DNA of 64,000 nt, from positions 233,871,741 to 233,935,740 of the forward strand of contig CM041465.1 in NCBI GenBank assembly GCA_023213395.1, in the 5' to 3' direction. Source of the stretch: Cycas panzhihuaensis. Lineage: Eukaryota; Plantae; Cycadophyta. The notes beneath the pieces are model-generated. The model had not been told where the DNA came from. It did no database searches and saw only the letters and a list, made by a program, of their open reading frames with translations. Below are positions 28,700 to 41,551 of this stretch, one piece after another; within the stretch, counting starts at the first letter, position 1, and each line of letters starts with the position of its first letter. The position numbers and the translations under genes were made by a program.

Positions 28700-29190
28700 T
28701 TTGAGAGAGGGTTGAGGAGTCCCCTATACTCTAGTTATTTATGCATTTATTGCTATAAGCAAATTTGAGTGAGTAGTTCTCATCCTCCTACAAGGGTTGA
28801 GAGAATCCCCTTTATACTATATGGTGAACTTTATTATCTTATGTAGTGATTTGATTTACTAGTAACATATGCATGTGTGTGAACTATTATCTCAATCTTC
28901 TTAGATTACTTTATAGTTGTTAAGGGTTTTTTTATTAAGATAAGTTGAGGAATCCCCTATTCTCTTATCATTATGTATGCCTAAGGGTGAGAAGTCCCAT
29001 CTAGTTATTCTTATGCATTAGGGTGAGGAGTCCCTTATATTATACTTATATAAGCATAAGGATAAGGAGTCCTATCTAGTTATTATTTATGCATGAGGAT
29101 GAGGAGCTTCCTCTGGTTATTATTTGTGCATAAGGATAAGAAGTCCTCTATCATATGCTTATTTATACATGAGAGTGAGAAGTCCTCTCT
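28700..29190. repeat. Degenerate ~35-bp tandem repeat (GGGTGAGGAGTCCC core) in a gypsy LTR-like remnant
   Basis: About 7 adjacent units at 28940-29190 plus two dispersed copies near 28710 and 28795. Confidence 0.7.
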
Positions 29191-30399
29191 TATTTATGAT
29201 TGATAGCATGGTGTTAAGCCTATAGTTTGCATAGTAAGGTAGTCCATTTAGATTGTAATAATAATAATCCATATGTGGTATGGCATTTTCTAATTTGTAT
29301 TGAAGTATGATATATGAGTATATACTTAATATTACAATAGAAATTAAAAGATAGTAGTAACTACTACTTTCTAAAATTTTATTTAAAGAATGTACTTTCT
29401 TTGAAGGGGTGGGTTAGGATTATGTGAAGAATGACCGACTAGTATTCCAGTATTTATATCATATGCTCAAGATCAAGTGCACTTTCCTCTTTGGGATTAT
29501 AAAAGGTTGGGTGATGAATCCATCCAAAGTAATTATGTTGGCTCTTTCATTCTTTTTTTACTAAAATATTTAGCATATTATTCCATTTGATAGTTACCAG
29601 TTTATGTTCTTTGGTGTAATTACAAGTATTACTTGGGATAAAAGAGACATGTCTGTAAATATATAAGTACATCTTGAAATTTGTTATATCATATGGGTAA
29701 TGCTTTTACTAAATTTCATAAAAGAAATTAATAAATAACTTGAGATTTTAATAAATTTCACTTGAACATCTTAGTACTTACCTAGTTGAGTGGGCATTTG
29801 TTATATGTATCATGTTTCCTATTAGGGCCATGATAGTGGAGCAAATTATTCTCCCCTTGACTTTATTAACTAATGAGAGATAATAGATATGGAGCTAGAT
29901 ATTGATGACAACTCCAAGAATAATTTTGAAAAATCATTTATGGATAAAGTGTGAAATATCGATACCAAATATACTAGATTAAAGGATAATATAGAATTTC
30001 TTTAGTAGGTGTTGATTAAATATTATAAGGTAAAATCAAAATATTTTCAAAATTTGGTAATCTCTACTAGTATGTTTCTTATGAAACTAAAGAAAATAGA
30101 AACTAAATAATTAAAAAAGAAATAAGAATCAATAAATAAGCAAAAGGATACATGGAAAATAAATTTTCCCAATAATGGTGATTAGATTAAAAAAATAATA
30201 ATAAGGATACAATAAATAATAACATGAAATAGAGCCCAAAGGATATATTCTTAGATAACAGAATATACTAAAGGAACAAGATAAACAAATTCATACAATT
30301 GTATAAAATTAAGTTATAAATAACCATAATAATATAAAGGAATTAAGTTTTGACAAAACTAAACTAGTTATTAGAAGTTGGGTAACTTAAAAAAGGATT

Positions 30400-31180
30400 A
30401 TTGCATCCTTGGTAATAATAAATTTTTTACATAATAAATACAGTATCAAAATAAGTATAATCCTAGTTAACCACCTTCATATACAAATGAAGATAACAAT
30501 TAGAAAGAATCAAGAATAGGTTCCCTTCACATATAAATAAAGATAATAATTAGAAAATTTAGAAAAAAATATGGTCATACTTCTAACCTTACTGCACATC
30601 TAAATTCTAAAAAGATAATTATAAGTCCATAATAATACAATAGGAAATAAGGACTTAATATAAAGATACTTAGTCCAATCCCTCCATAATAATTCAAATA
30701 ATTTAATCAAGGGTTAACTCTTAAGAATGGCAATGAAAATGAAGAATTTAAGCATAATATAAATATGTATGAAATAGAATATATTCATGAATATTATGAT
30801 AAATTCTAAAGAAGTGAGAAGAAGATAATATCATATATAAGAAATCACATAAGAAAAGTACTAAAGTATCAATACTTTAAGTCCCTAAGATTGGCATATT
30901 TCTAAGGCATTTCCTCTCCAACTTCATTATTCACAAACCTTTAATCCCTCCCAAAATTAAAAGAAATTCATAAAACTTTTACTTATTGCATATTTTAAAA
31001 ATGAAAGAACTTCACTAGGCATTTCAAGGAATTAAATCTAATAAACATAATTATTACCAACTAACTCCATTTACAATAGTATAAACATCAATTATCATTT
31101 ATTCTATCAAGTTATCTTATCGCAATTTTTGATAGAAAAATTCTTATGAAGTGTTGATAGCATTCTAAAAGTAGGAAAAT
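30400..31180 (+). pseudogene. Highly decayed gypsy integrase, N-terminal part; continues at 55292
   Basis: HTSNLTAHLNSKK (H..GH zinc-finger-like) ~30575, KPLIPP ~30935; C-terminal motifs resume after 55291. Confidence 0.4.
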
Positions 31181-31417
31181 TGTTGAGAAAATTAGGTCCC
31201 AATAACCATGAACTGCCACCAAGATCTAAACTATTTTGTAACTAGTTACAGGAATCAAAACTAAATTTTAACATGTAAGTTCTTAAACCAAAGATAATAC
31301 AATAAATGAATTAGAAAGCCAAAGCATCATATATACGCCTGATATAATATGGTAAAACCTTAGTAGTGTGCTAAGGAAACATCTGCATAAGAAAGGTATC
31401 AATCTTTATAATCCAAG

Positions 31418-34400
31418 TGTTTCCTGACTATTGAGAATAGACATGGATGACACATTTTAGGTAGGCATAGGTATATCTCTAACCTGACTCCTCATTTATT
31501 TCAAGATGTCATGATATGTTTTAGTAGATGTATTCTACATGGTATTGTTGCTTGCATGGTTGATATACTTAGCTTGCCTACTCTTTTATGCCTATGACTA
31601 TCATTTCAACTTATGACAACTCAAGACAAATGTCCTATGACATTATATAGCCCTCCATCACACCTCCTTAGCACTCTTGAGTATTCTTGGGCTCCTTCAG
31701 CCCACTTTTTATTATGTTTTGGCATTGCATGATCCCTAACACCTTGTTTTAAGCTTGGTCATCCTCACACTTGGAAATTGTCCCTCGTTGGGGCCTTATT
31801 ACCACTCTTTTCTCATTTAATGAGGTCCTACTGATCCCTAAGGGTCTCCTAGATGCCTTACCAATCCAACTCATTACTCTGTTAGGGCCTAGGACCCTTC
31901 CTTTGGGAACCTCCTAAGCCTCCCTTTATTTTTCTCCTTTATTTTATTTGCACTGTAGCATTGTTCGTAGTACTGTGACAAACTTTCTAGTACTGCAAAG
32001 TTTGTTGCAGGGCAATTGTCCATAAGCATCTGCAGCCTCGCAATAGCCAATTTCACATTTATTGAGAAATTGACACATGGCAGGATGTTATCTCCCACCC
32101 AGAGCAAATCCTAATCGCTCGATAGACTCAATTTGGGTATAAAAACCTAATTTCAAACTCATTTTGTCTCTCTTAGCTCCTTTGAGAAAGGAAAAAATGC
32201 CTCTAACTTGAATCTTTTGCTCTTTCCTTCTACCTTCCTCTTCCCTTAAGGTAAAACCCTAAGTTGTAGGTCTATAATAGCTCATTCTTAATGGGTTTCC
32301 TTCTACAATTTCTCACTCCAGCTACCACATCAAGCTTTTATAGGTTTCTCGCCTTTCTTTTGTTGTCAAGTGGAGCTTTTCTCCACCTAGTGAGATGGAT
32401 CCTTCTCCCTCCATTGGTCCATGAGGTAATATCTATCTGAAGTCAGCTCTACCAGTTGTTTTAGATTTGTACTTTACTATTATTTCTTTTGACAAGTGTA
32501 TTTTACGAGTACTTTCCTTTATTTACCAAAAATTCTGCCTATATACCTATTTCTTTGGGTTATTTGGAAGGAAGACAAACCCTTCCTTCCCCTTTGTTCA
32601 TCCTTCAAATACCTCTTGGGTTTCTCTTAGGCTATAAGTAGGTGGATCATGGGAACTTGCAAAGAAAGAGAAGAGGAGCCTAAGGCTAGGGTTCTGACCC
32701 TTATAATTGCATCCTCCAAGGTAGCCCCCTACCTTTCTCATTTCTCCTACACCATATCCACCCTCTATGCCTAAAAACCCCTTAGGTGAAGGCTCTCGTT
32801 GGTTGTAGCATTCATAGCCACTTGCAACACTTGCATCCAACCCTTACACACATCATTTGGTAGTAGATCTTCTAGTGAATCTTGTTGTTTATAAGATTCC
32901 TATCTTATTTTGAAAATCTTATAAAGGTTGTAACATTACAACTTGTATAATATCTGTGGTTTATATAGCTTTTATAGATTTTATGCTTGAGAGCTATACC
33001 ATCTTCCTTGTTTGCCTAAAGCTATAAATCCTTTCTTGATTTACTATTTAGAGTACTTGAGCACATGGAGGTGTCCTATTTGGAGGAGCTAGCCATTCTG
33101 ATGCTCTCCTTTCTCACTCTCTTAATCCCCTCTTTCTATTTAAAACATTGTTTAGAAACTTTGAATGCATATTGAAAAAAGATTGAGAAGCATATCATTT
33201 CTTTTTCTTTAAAGCATAAAGTAAGCTCAGAATTTCCTTTTGGAAAACATATGCACACACACATCTCTATTTATTTTTATGCATGCATATAATCTCTTGT
33301 TGAAAGGAATTATTCTATGAGGCGGCTTCATTTCCTTTGAGCAAATTGGAATCATGATAGGTACATGCATTTTATTTCCATTTATTTCTCTTGAAAGCTT
33401 TCTTTGCAACTTCTTTATTCTTTTTACATAAACATTCTAAGAAAGGTAAGGAAGCCCCACCAACATTCTGTCTATAATGCCAACCATGGCAAGGAGCACG
33501 AGGTGATCGGTGAAGGGATTACAACGAAGGGAGGAAGGTGTACATCACCAATCAACTTGGTTCTAGGTGCACTCTCTCTAACTTCTCCTTATTCCTTTAT
33601 TCTTTCCCATCCTTTCTCTAAAAAGGAAAAGACAATTATATTACTCCTCACTTGTAATCATTTATTTGGCACTCATTTGGAGAGAAAGTTGTCTATTACA
33701 TTGGCATGTACCAACCTCACTCCCCTTTTCTCCTTGTTGCATGGGCATTAAATAAGGGTAGTTTGGGTTAATACACTGCTCATATTGCATCTGCAAAGAA
33801 AAGTGACAAAAGAGGTTCCTTTCCCTTATTGCATCTTCTTCTTGCATACTCTTTACACTCTCAAGGGTGGGAACATAAAGGGAACTTAGGCCTTTTAATA
33901 GTTGCATTTTCCTCCCATGCATTATTGAAACAAATTGCATAAGTCATCACACTCTCTTCTCCCTTTGTATTCACCCATTCCCTTATTTCCTTGTCCTTTC
34001 ATTTGTAATAGTAAAGGAGAGAGAGAAAAAAAGAGAGGAAAAGAGAAGAGTTTCTTTTGAATTTCATGTACTTAGTGACAACAACACTTTGTATTGTTAC
34101 ATTACTTTCTTTAAACAAAACAAAGACGTCTTCTAGAACTCTTAACATACTTAGTCACTTGCCTATTTCACATAAACCCTAGAGGTATCCATTTAGGTAA
34201 CTCTTGGTAAGGCACCCCATTTGCCTTGCCCTTTTTAGGGTTTAGTTCTCTTATACCTAACCCCACGTTTTACATCTTTTCCACCTAATATCCCTCTCTT
34301 GTTCCTTAGGCTCCCCTTTCCCATTGGGGTTCGCCTCTTCTTTTCCCTTCCTTTAGGGAAAAGTGCTTTGGTCTTCTTTCTCCTTCCTTGACCCATCAAG

Positions 34401-34650
34401 ATAGGAGAGTCCCCCTTGAGGCTACTCAACAAACTGAGGGCACCTTCGCCTATTTCAAATCTAAGAAGGTACCTGCTGAAAGGAAGAGTCTTATGCATTA
34501 TTTATGGGTCTTTGAACCTATGTTGTGACACACAGATTCCCTTTGTGGGTGACCTATCCCCCCACTCTTAAGGATCTTTAAGCCCCTTGTTTAGTGATAG
34601 TATAGGCTTGATCCCCTTATGTTTAGTGGCCCCCTAGAGGTGTGCTTCCA
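31418..34650 (+). repeat. 5' LTR (3233 bp)
   Basis: TGTTTCC...GTGCTTCCA; colinear with 51754-54950. Confidence 0.92.
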
Positions 34651-34651
34651 C

Positions 34652-34669
34652 TGGTGACCATACTTGGAA
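34652..34669 (+). promoter_or_regulatory. Primer binding site (tRNA-Arg type typical of Tat/Ogre)
   Basis: TGGTGACCATACTTGGAA 1 nt after the LTR, cf. TGGCGACTCYRCTGGGGA. Confidence 0.65.
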
Positions 34670-34936
34670 ACTACCAGTAAAGGAACCATCCCGGTTTCCT
34701 TTCAGTTAGGGTTGCCTCTCTCTTTTGGCATCACTTCTTGATTTGTTGGGAAACCCCCAACACCCTTTACTCTACTTACTTCTCTTTCTTCCAAACCTTA
34801 GGGGGGACTTGAATGCAATAATTCTCTCAACGTTTATGAGGCCTTCCTCCTTCTTTGGAAGAGTCACCTTATTCCCCCCTTCCTTTGTCTAATTCTGAGT
34901 CACCTATGGAAGGATTCTTTATGGAATAGGCTAATC

Positions 34937-37900
34937 ATGCCTATGCTTTCGAAACTCAACAACAACCTTCAACCTCTTTTTAAGGTCCCACCCAAGAGGG
35001 TGATGATCCCATTTTCTATCTAAATGATCAAGAGCACCCAAGTATCCACCATCTTCCTGCACATGATGTGGGAGCCTCTTCCCCCATGGGATATTACCAC
35101 CTTGGTGAGATTACCCATGAGGATTGCCTTATGGGGTCTACTTCATATGAGGAGCTTTCAACCTCATATGAGCAAGTAGGAACCCCTCCAACGGACATGG
35201 TGGAAGTGCTACATCAATGCTTCCAAGTTAAAAGTCTCTAACTACCTCCAAAGTGGTTTGAGAGAATCTTGTATAGCGTAGTTCCCTCCTCTTCCTTGTC
35301 CATGCCCCTATACTCTTCTCATTCAGCTTTGATATCTACAACGAGGCCATCCATCATTGTTTCCTCTTCTTTGTGTGCCCCTCATCCTTTAGAGACCACC
35401 CAAGGTATACCCACTTCCTAAATTAGGTTGAGTATACCTCCCCCTATCCAAGTAGCCACACCTCAACTAACCTTAGTCCATCCATCTTCTATTTGACCTA
35501 GGAAGCCTACATATCCTTCTTCTTCCAACCACATGGGGAAAATCCCCACACACTCTTAACCTTAACCTAGGGATCCTTCTCTTTACGTTCCCCTGAGATA
35601 CACTTCCCAACTATAGGGGCATGGAAAAGGAAATCCCCTTCTTGTCTATGGGATGGACTCCCTCCACCCATATGGCATTGCACCACCTACAGGTAGCCCA
35701 TATGGGTAGAATTTGGTGCCACACCCATCTGCTTCATCTTCTTATATCTTCTCATACGTGGTGCCTTTACAAGGAGGATAAATCCCTACTCAAGGCTTCT
35801 TCTTCCTAGTCCCCTTTCAATAAGGGGCATACCTTTAAGGGGGAATGGGTCCTTCCTACCCATCCACCTGTCTCCTAACTCCTTTGCATCTAGGATTAGT
35901 CCCTTCCCACAAAGTGGGAGGGGGTTTGTATCCCTCTTTTGGTTAGACCTCTCAAGGAGGATTTAGGCATCCATGCCCACCTCCTCCTTTATCTTTTGTT
36001 GACCCATCAACTCAACCAAGGGCATGTCCCTTTGTTGACTATAGGTCAACCCCTTTATCCATTGAGGCGTTAAGAACCAATTTAGTGCCTCATCCTCCTA
36101 AGGTACCCAAGTTTGATGGGACCTCTTCCGAAGACCCAATTGAGTATGTTAAGAATTTCTCCATGGCATGTATCGATTATTGGCCCTATGATCACATCCT
36201 AATGAAGCTATTTCTACATTCCTTGTCGGGTGATACCCTTAAGTGGTTCTATCACCTCCCTGCTCATTCAATCCATTTATTTCAATAACTTGTGGATAAG
36301 TTCTTCAACTACTTTAACGTTGCTCACCCCTTCGAGAGTGGAATGAAAGTCTTATTATCTCTTAAATAAGGTCACAAGGAGATGAATTATGACTTTGTTA
36401 GGCATTTTCATGATCTCCTTCACTACAGGAAGGCCACATTACCTAAGGAGCTAAAAAGGGATCTCTTCGTAAATGCCCTTCATCTTGAGGTTATTTTAAG
36501 GTCCTCAAAATGGGAGAAATGATATGTGACTCCACTATAACCAAGTTTTTGGCTCTCAAGGCTATTGAGATCCACAGGAAGCCTCTTAAACCATTACAAT
36601 GATGTGAGGCACTCCCTCCATCTCATGACATCAAACCTAAACAACCCCTAAAGTATTCAACCCACTCAATAGAAAAGACTTTAGATCCCTTAACCTTTGT
36701 CATACATTCCTTTGAATGTATGATGAAGGAGCTTAACCTCCAAGCTCCTCTCACATCACCAACCTCTCATATAGACCTGTTCACTAGGCTTCTCAAGTAG
36801 CACCTCCCAAGGATAGGAATATATACGCTTCTCAAACAAGGAAGATCAATCCTCCCTTAGAGAAGAAGTGGTGCTCCATTCATGGTGAATGCTTCCATGA
36901 GGATTCACAATATAGGGTGCAACATCTTAAGCCTGCTCTACATCACAATTCCTCTTCTAAATAAGCATCTAGGCCCAACCTAGATCAACCCATTCATAGA
37001 GATCCCTTCCCTAAACATGGGGAATAAGATCATCACACCTAATAAAGGGGAAATCAAAATAGAGGAAGATCTCCTAATCCTCATCTAATGTAAGCCAAGG
37101 GGAAGGGGATAAGAGGATCCTCCTCTTCTTCCAGTTCTCACCATCAAATCCCTTCACCTTCTTAATCCTAGAATAAAGGAAAGAGAGTCATTCAGATGCT
37201 TGAGACCACACCCCTGTATGCTTTGACTCAGTCTCAAGTAGCTAAAGAAGCCATAGGTGCTTCTTCTTATTCCTAGCTTAATCCTCCTTTGGATAACCCT
37301 CCAGAGATTTTGTTGCTCCCCAAGACCATCCCTATTTGCTTGGTTCACTATGATTTTGAAGGGTGCTTCCCCAACGAACTAGGAAAGGGAAACCCTTCTT
37401 TATCATAGATGATATTTATACTATAGATGCTAGGATGTCCATGATGGATATCTTGAGGAGCTGTCCAAAGTAGTGTACTCTCCTTTTGGAGACTTTAAGG
37501 TTAGTGGATGCTTATATCCATGCTTTGGGTGTCACCCCAAGTTAGGAACCTGTCATCTCCTTTAACCTTAAAGATCTCCCCACTAAATAGTGAAAGGGAA
37601 TACCAATGGTACTACCTTTTTACCATATCTATAGACACTCCTAAGTGTATTATTCAAAGGACTATTGTATACAATAGTTCTTTCGTTAACATTATACCTT
37701 TACATATTATGCAAGAGCTAGGTATAGTGGCTCTTGAGCCAGTTCTGTGGCATTGTCAAGGCTATATTGGTAGCAAGAAAATGCCTTTAGGTTATGTTTT
37801 CATTCCTCTTACCCTTGAGGATAAAACTATCCTCACCGACATTATGGACCTTGATATAGACGTGGACTATAATCTTCTATTGGGATGCCCATGGCTTGAT

Positions 37901-40900
37901 CAAATGGGACCTGTGTGTTCATCTCATTGGGGACAACTCAAATTTATCCACGAAGGATGAATGAAGGTTATTTTCTGAGAGCCTCCTCCTACTAAACATT
38001 CACACTAGTCTCATCAAGTGGTTTATGATCTAGTGAAGGGTAACAAAGGCCCATCCACTCATGCTTCCACTTGCATAATTGACATCCCTAGCACATCTTA
38101 TCTAGAGGAAGGTCCTTCACCTTCTTCTCTTAACCGCATTTGTTTTGCCCCTATTGGTGTAGAGAGTTATGGGTACCTCGCTATTTTAAACGACGATGAA
38201 TCTAATGGCGAGGACAATGACCTCCCTTAGCCCATATCCCTCCTAAACACAAGTAGGGAGCACTTACTTCATTCTAGCTCCTAACCTGGAACCCCTTCCA
38301 TCGAGGAGCCTAATCCTCCTATCGAGTCATATATGGTCATTCCTGTCTCTTATGTGACCTCCCATGACACTTCGTCTTCCATCTCATCGCCCTCCTCAAG
38401 TGATGAGGCTAGGGAACCTTTTGCCACACTTCATAGGAGATCATCCTTCAACTCTTCCAAAGAGTCCTTGACTATATTGAGTGGTAGGTTGATCACTATG
38501 GTCCTACTGCTCCTTCTATTCCTTATTTCTCATCTTCTCCAAGCATAACTATCTATGGGTAGACTGCTTCAAGAATTATGAGGCATTATTAGAGCATTTA
38601 GCAAGCTCTATACCCAACCTTCCTCCTGGTCATCATAAGCTTGGTTACTAGAAGATTCTAGCCCTTGGGTCACCCCTAGCTAACCCAAGTTAACCAAGTT
38701 CCTCTTCGCATCTTCTTATTGGTGAAGCCTCCCTTGATTTCAAGGAAGGGAATGCCATTTACATGGGGGCAACCAAGGACATTATCCTCACCCCCTGGCA
38801 AGGTGATCAAGGTAGGAGTGAAATGTTCCCCTAAAGAAATGGAGGAATACACCTTCCTTTTTAGGAATTCTCTGATGTTTTTGTATGGGATTATACTAAC
38901 ATAGAGGGAATAGATCTCTCTATTATCACCTACAATCTTACCACTATCCTGGGTGCTCATCCTGTGTGACAAAAGCAGTGCCCCCTCCATCCTAAGTTAT
39001 CTACTACTTCTAAGATGAAATTTAAAAAACTCTTAGATGTAGGGTTGATCACTTTCATCGATTACTTTAAGTGGGTCTCTAATATCATTCTCATTGCTAA
39101 AAAGAATGGGACAATTTAGATATGTGTTGATTTCTGAGATATCAACAATGCATGTCCCAAAGATAACTTTCCCTTACCTTTTATTGATCAAATCATTGAT
39201 CATACCACTAGATTTGAAGTCATGTCCTTGATAGATGGCTTCTCTAGTTATAACCATATCCAGATTTCTCATGAAGATCATTAGAAAATGACCTTCACCA
39301 CTCCTTGGGGTACCTTCACTTATAAAGTGATGCCCTTTGGACTTAAAAATATAAGTGCCACTTACCAAAGGGCGATGCAATTCATCTTCCATGACCTTAT
39401 AAACAAAACCCTTGAGTTCTCCATGGATGACATGATGGGTCTTTCTTGCAAAAGGGCTCATCAGCCTGGAGATTTATGTGCCATCTTTATAAGATACCAC
39501 AAATATTATATTAGCCTAAATCCTCTCAAATATGTGTTTGTCATAATAGGTAGCAAACTCCTGGGCTTCCTCATTTCTAAATAAGGAATCTAGATCAACC
39601 CCAATAAAGTCAAGGCCATCCTTGACATGCTATCACCTAATATGCAATGGCAAATCAGATCGTTCTTAGGTAGGTTGGGTTTTCTTAGGCGTTTCTTGGT
39701 AAACTTTGCCATAAACACTAAACCCCTTACTAACTTATTGAAGAAGGAAGCCCTATTTGTTTGGTTTCCTAAGGCCTATGAAGCTTTCCAAAAGCTCAAA
39801 AGAGCTCTAGCTTCTGCTTTGATCTTGGTGCCCCCTCTCTTTAACTATCCCTTCATCCTCTACAACTTGGCTACTGATGAATTCTTAGGGGCTATGCTCA
39901 TCCAAGAGGATAATTTGAGAACCAAGCGATCCATCTATTTTATTAATCACACATTGGTCACTGCTAAGATTAATTACTCTCCTGCTAAGAAGCAATACCT
40001 TGCCTTGGTCCATGTAGCTAAGAAATTCAGGCATTACTTGCTCAGCAATACTACTCAAGTGATCGCCCAACTTGATCCCTTGAGATACCTCCTAACTCGG
40101 TCTGACTTGACTGGTAGGACTAGTAAATGGGCTATCCTCCTTCAAGAATATGACCTTCAAATCATCCATAGGAAATTGAAGAAAGAAATGGTGGTTGTTG
40201 AGTAGGTAGCTAACACCCCTATTCCTAAATCTTCCAATGTTCCTGTTGACGACTCCTTGCTGGACGAGCCTATCTTTTCCATCCAAGACTCATCCTCCCA
40301 TCCATTGGCTAATAGAAAATGGTATGGCGATATTGTATAATACCTTACTGAATAGCAGTATCTTTTCGATGCTAGTGACAAGGTGAGGTCACAAGTTAGG
40401 GCTATTACTAGGCAGTACTTCCTTATAGAGGAGGTGTTATACAAGAGATCCTTCAATGGGGTCCTCCTTCGCTGTGCCAACCCTAACAAGGTAAACTAGA
40501 TACTTCACGAATTCCATAATGACATTTGCAAGGGCCAATCCATGGCCCAGAGGATCCTCTACATGGGTTATTATTGGCTGTCCCTTTCATAGATGCCCAC
40601 ACCTATGTGTTGCGATGTCGTAGGTGCCAAGAGTACACCAATGTCATCCATTCAACTTTTGAGGCCTTACACCTAATTATCTCTCCATGGCCTTTTCCCT
40701 AATAGGGATTGGACCTTATCATAACCATAAGCCCTCCTTCCTCATTGTAGCATAAGTTTATCTTGACTACGATGGAGTATTTTACTAACTGGGTTGAAGT
40801 GGTCCCCTTGTCCTCCATTACTAGCAAGACTATAGCCACCTTCAATTACCATTATATTATTTGTTAATTCAGGGTTCTTGACATCTTAATCATAGATAAT

Positions 40901-41551
40901 GCTACTCCTTTTTGTAATAAGAAGATGGATGAGCTTTGTGGGAGGTTTAGGATATCCCAAAAAATGTCTTCTCCTCATTACCCTTGGGCCAATGGCTAGA
41001 TTGAGTATTTTAACAAGACTCTTATCAATATCTTAAAGAAAACCATTGCCCAATCCTAAAGGAAATGGCACCTTCAACTTCCCTCTTCTTTATGGGCATA
41101 TTACACTTCCATTTGCATAGCTATAGGGATGACCCTGTTCTCCCTTATGTATGGAACTAAGGCAGTCCTCCCCTTAGAAGTAGAAATCCCCTCCTTGCAT
41201 GTTTCCTTTTGAGTTCTTATTGATGAGGAATCATGTCATCAGGCTTGCCTCCTTAACCTCAAAGCCCTAGATGAGAGATTCTTGACAGCATACCAAGCAA
41301 ACCTCACCTCCAAGGCTATGGCATGAAGAATGTATGATAAACATCTTTGTCCTCACCCTTTGCATCCTAGGGATCATGTCATTAAACTTAAATGCCTCCA
41401 TGATCACATATCTAAATTTGTGCCTAAATGGGTTAGTCCCTTCATCATTCTCGAGAGCCTCGATAATGGTGCCTATAGGATAGTAACTCTAGAAGGTCTT
41501 AAATTAGAGAAGGCCATTAATGGGAAATTCCTAAAGAAACTCTATGTGTGA
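34937..41551 (+). pseudogene. gag-pol: Tat gag-pol polyprotein pseudogene (gag ~36085, PR ~37600-37960, RT ~38960-39600, RH ~39830-40200, INT ~40310-41551)
   Basis: PKFDGTSSEDP..LKWFYHL; YNLLLGCPWL; ICVDF*DINNACPKDNFPLP; VMPFGLKN; SMDDM; NYSPAKKQYLALV..KFRHYL; WPFP..GLDL; KFVPKWVSPF..INGKFLKKLY; many TAG/TGA stops. Confidence 0.92.

Noticed and set aside
28700-29190. Repeat-spacer appearance resembling a CRISPR array
   Set aside because: Eukaryotic TE context, degenerate units, spacers related to each other, no cas genes.
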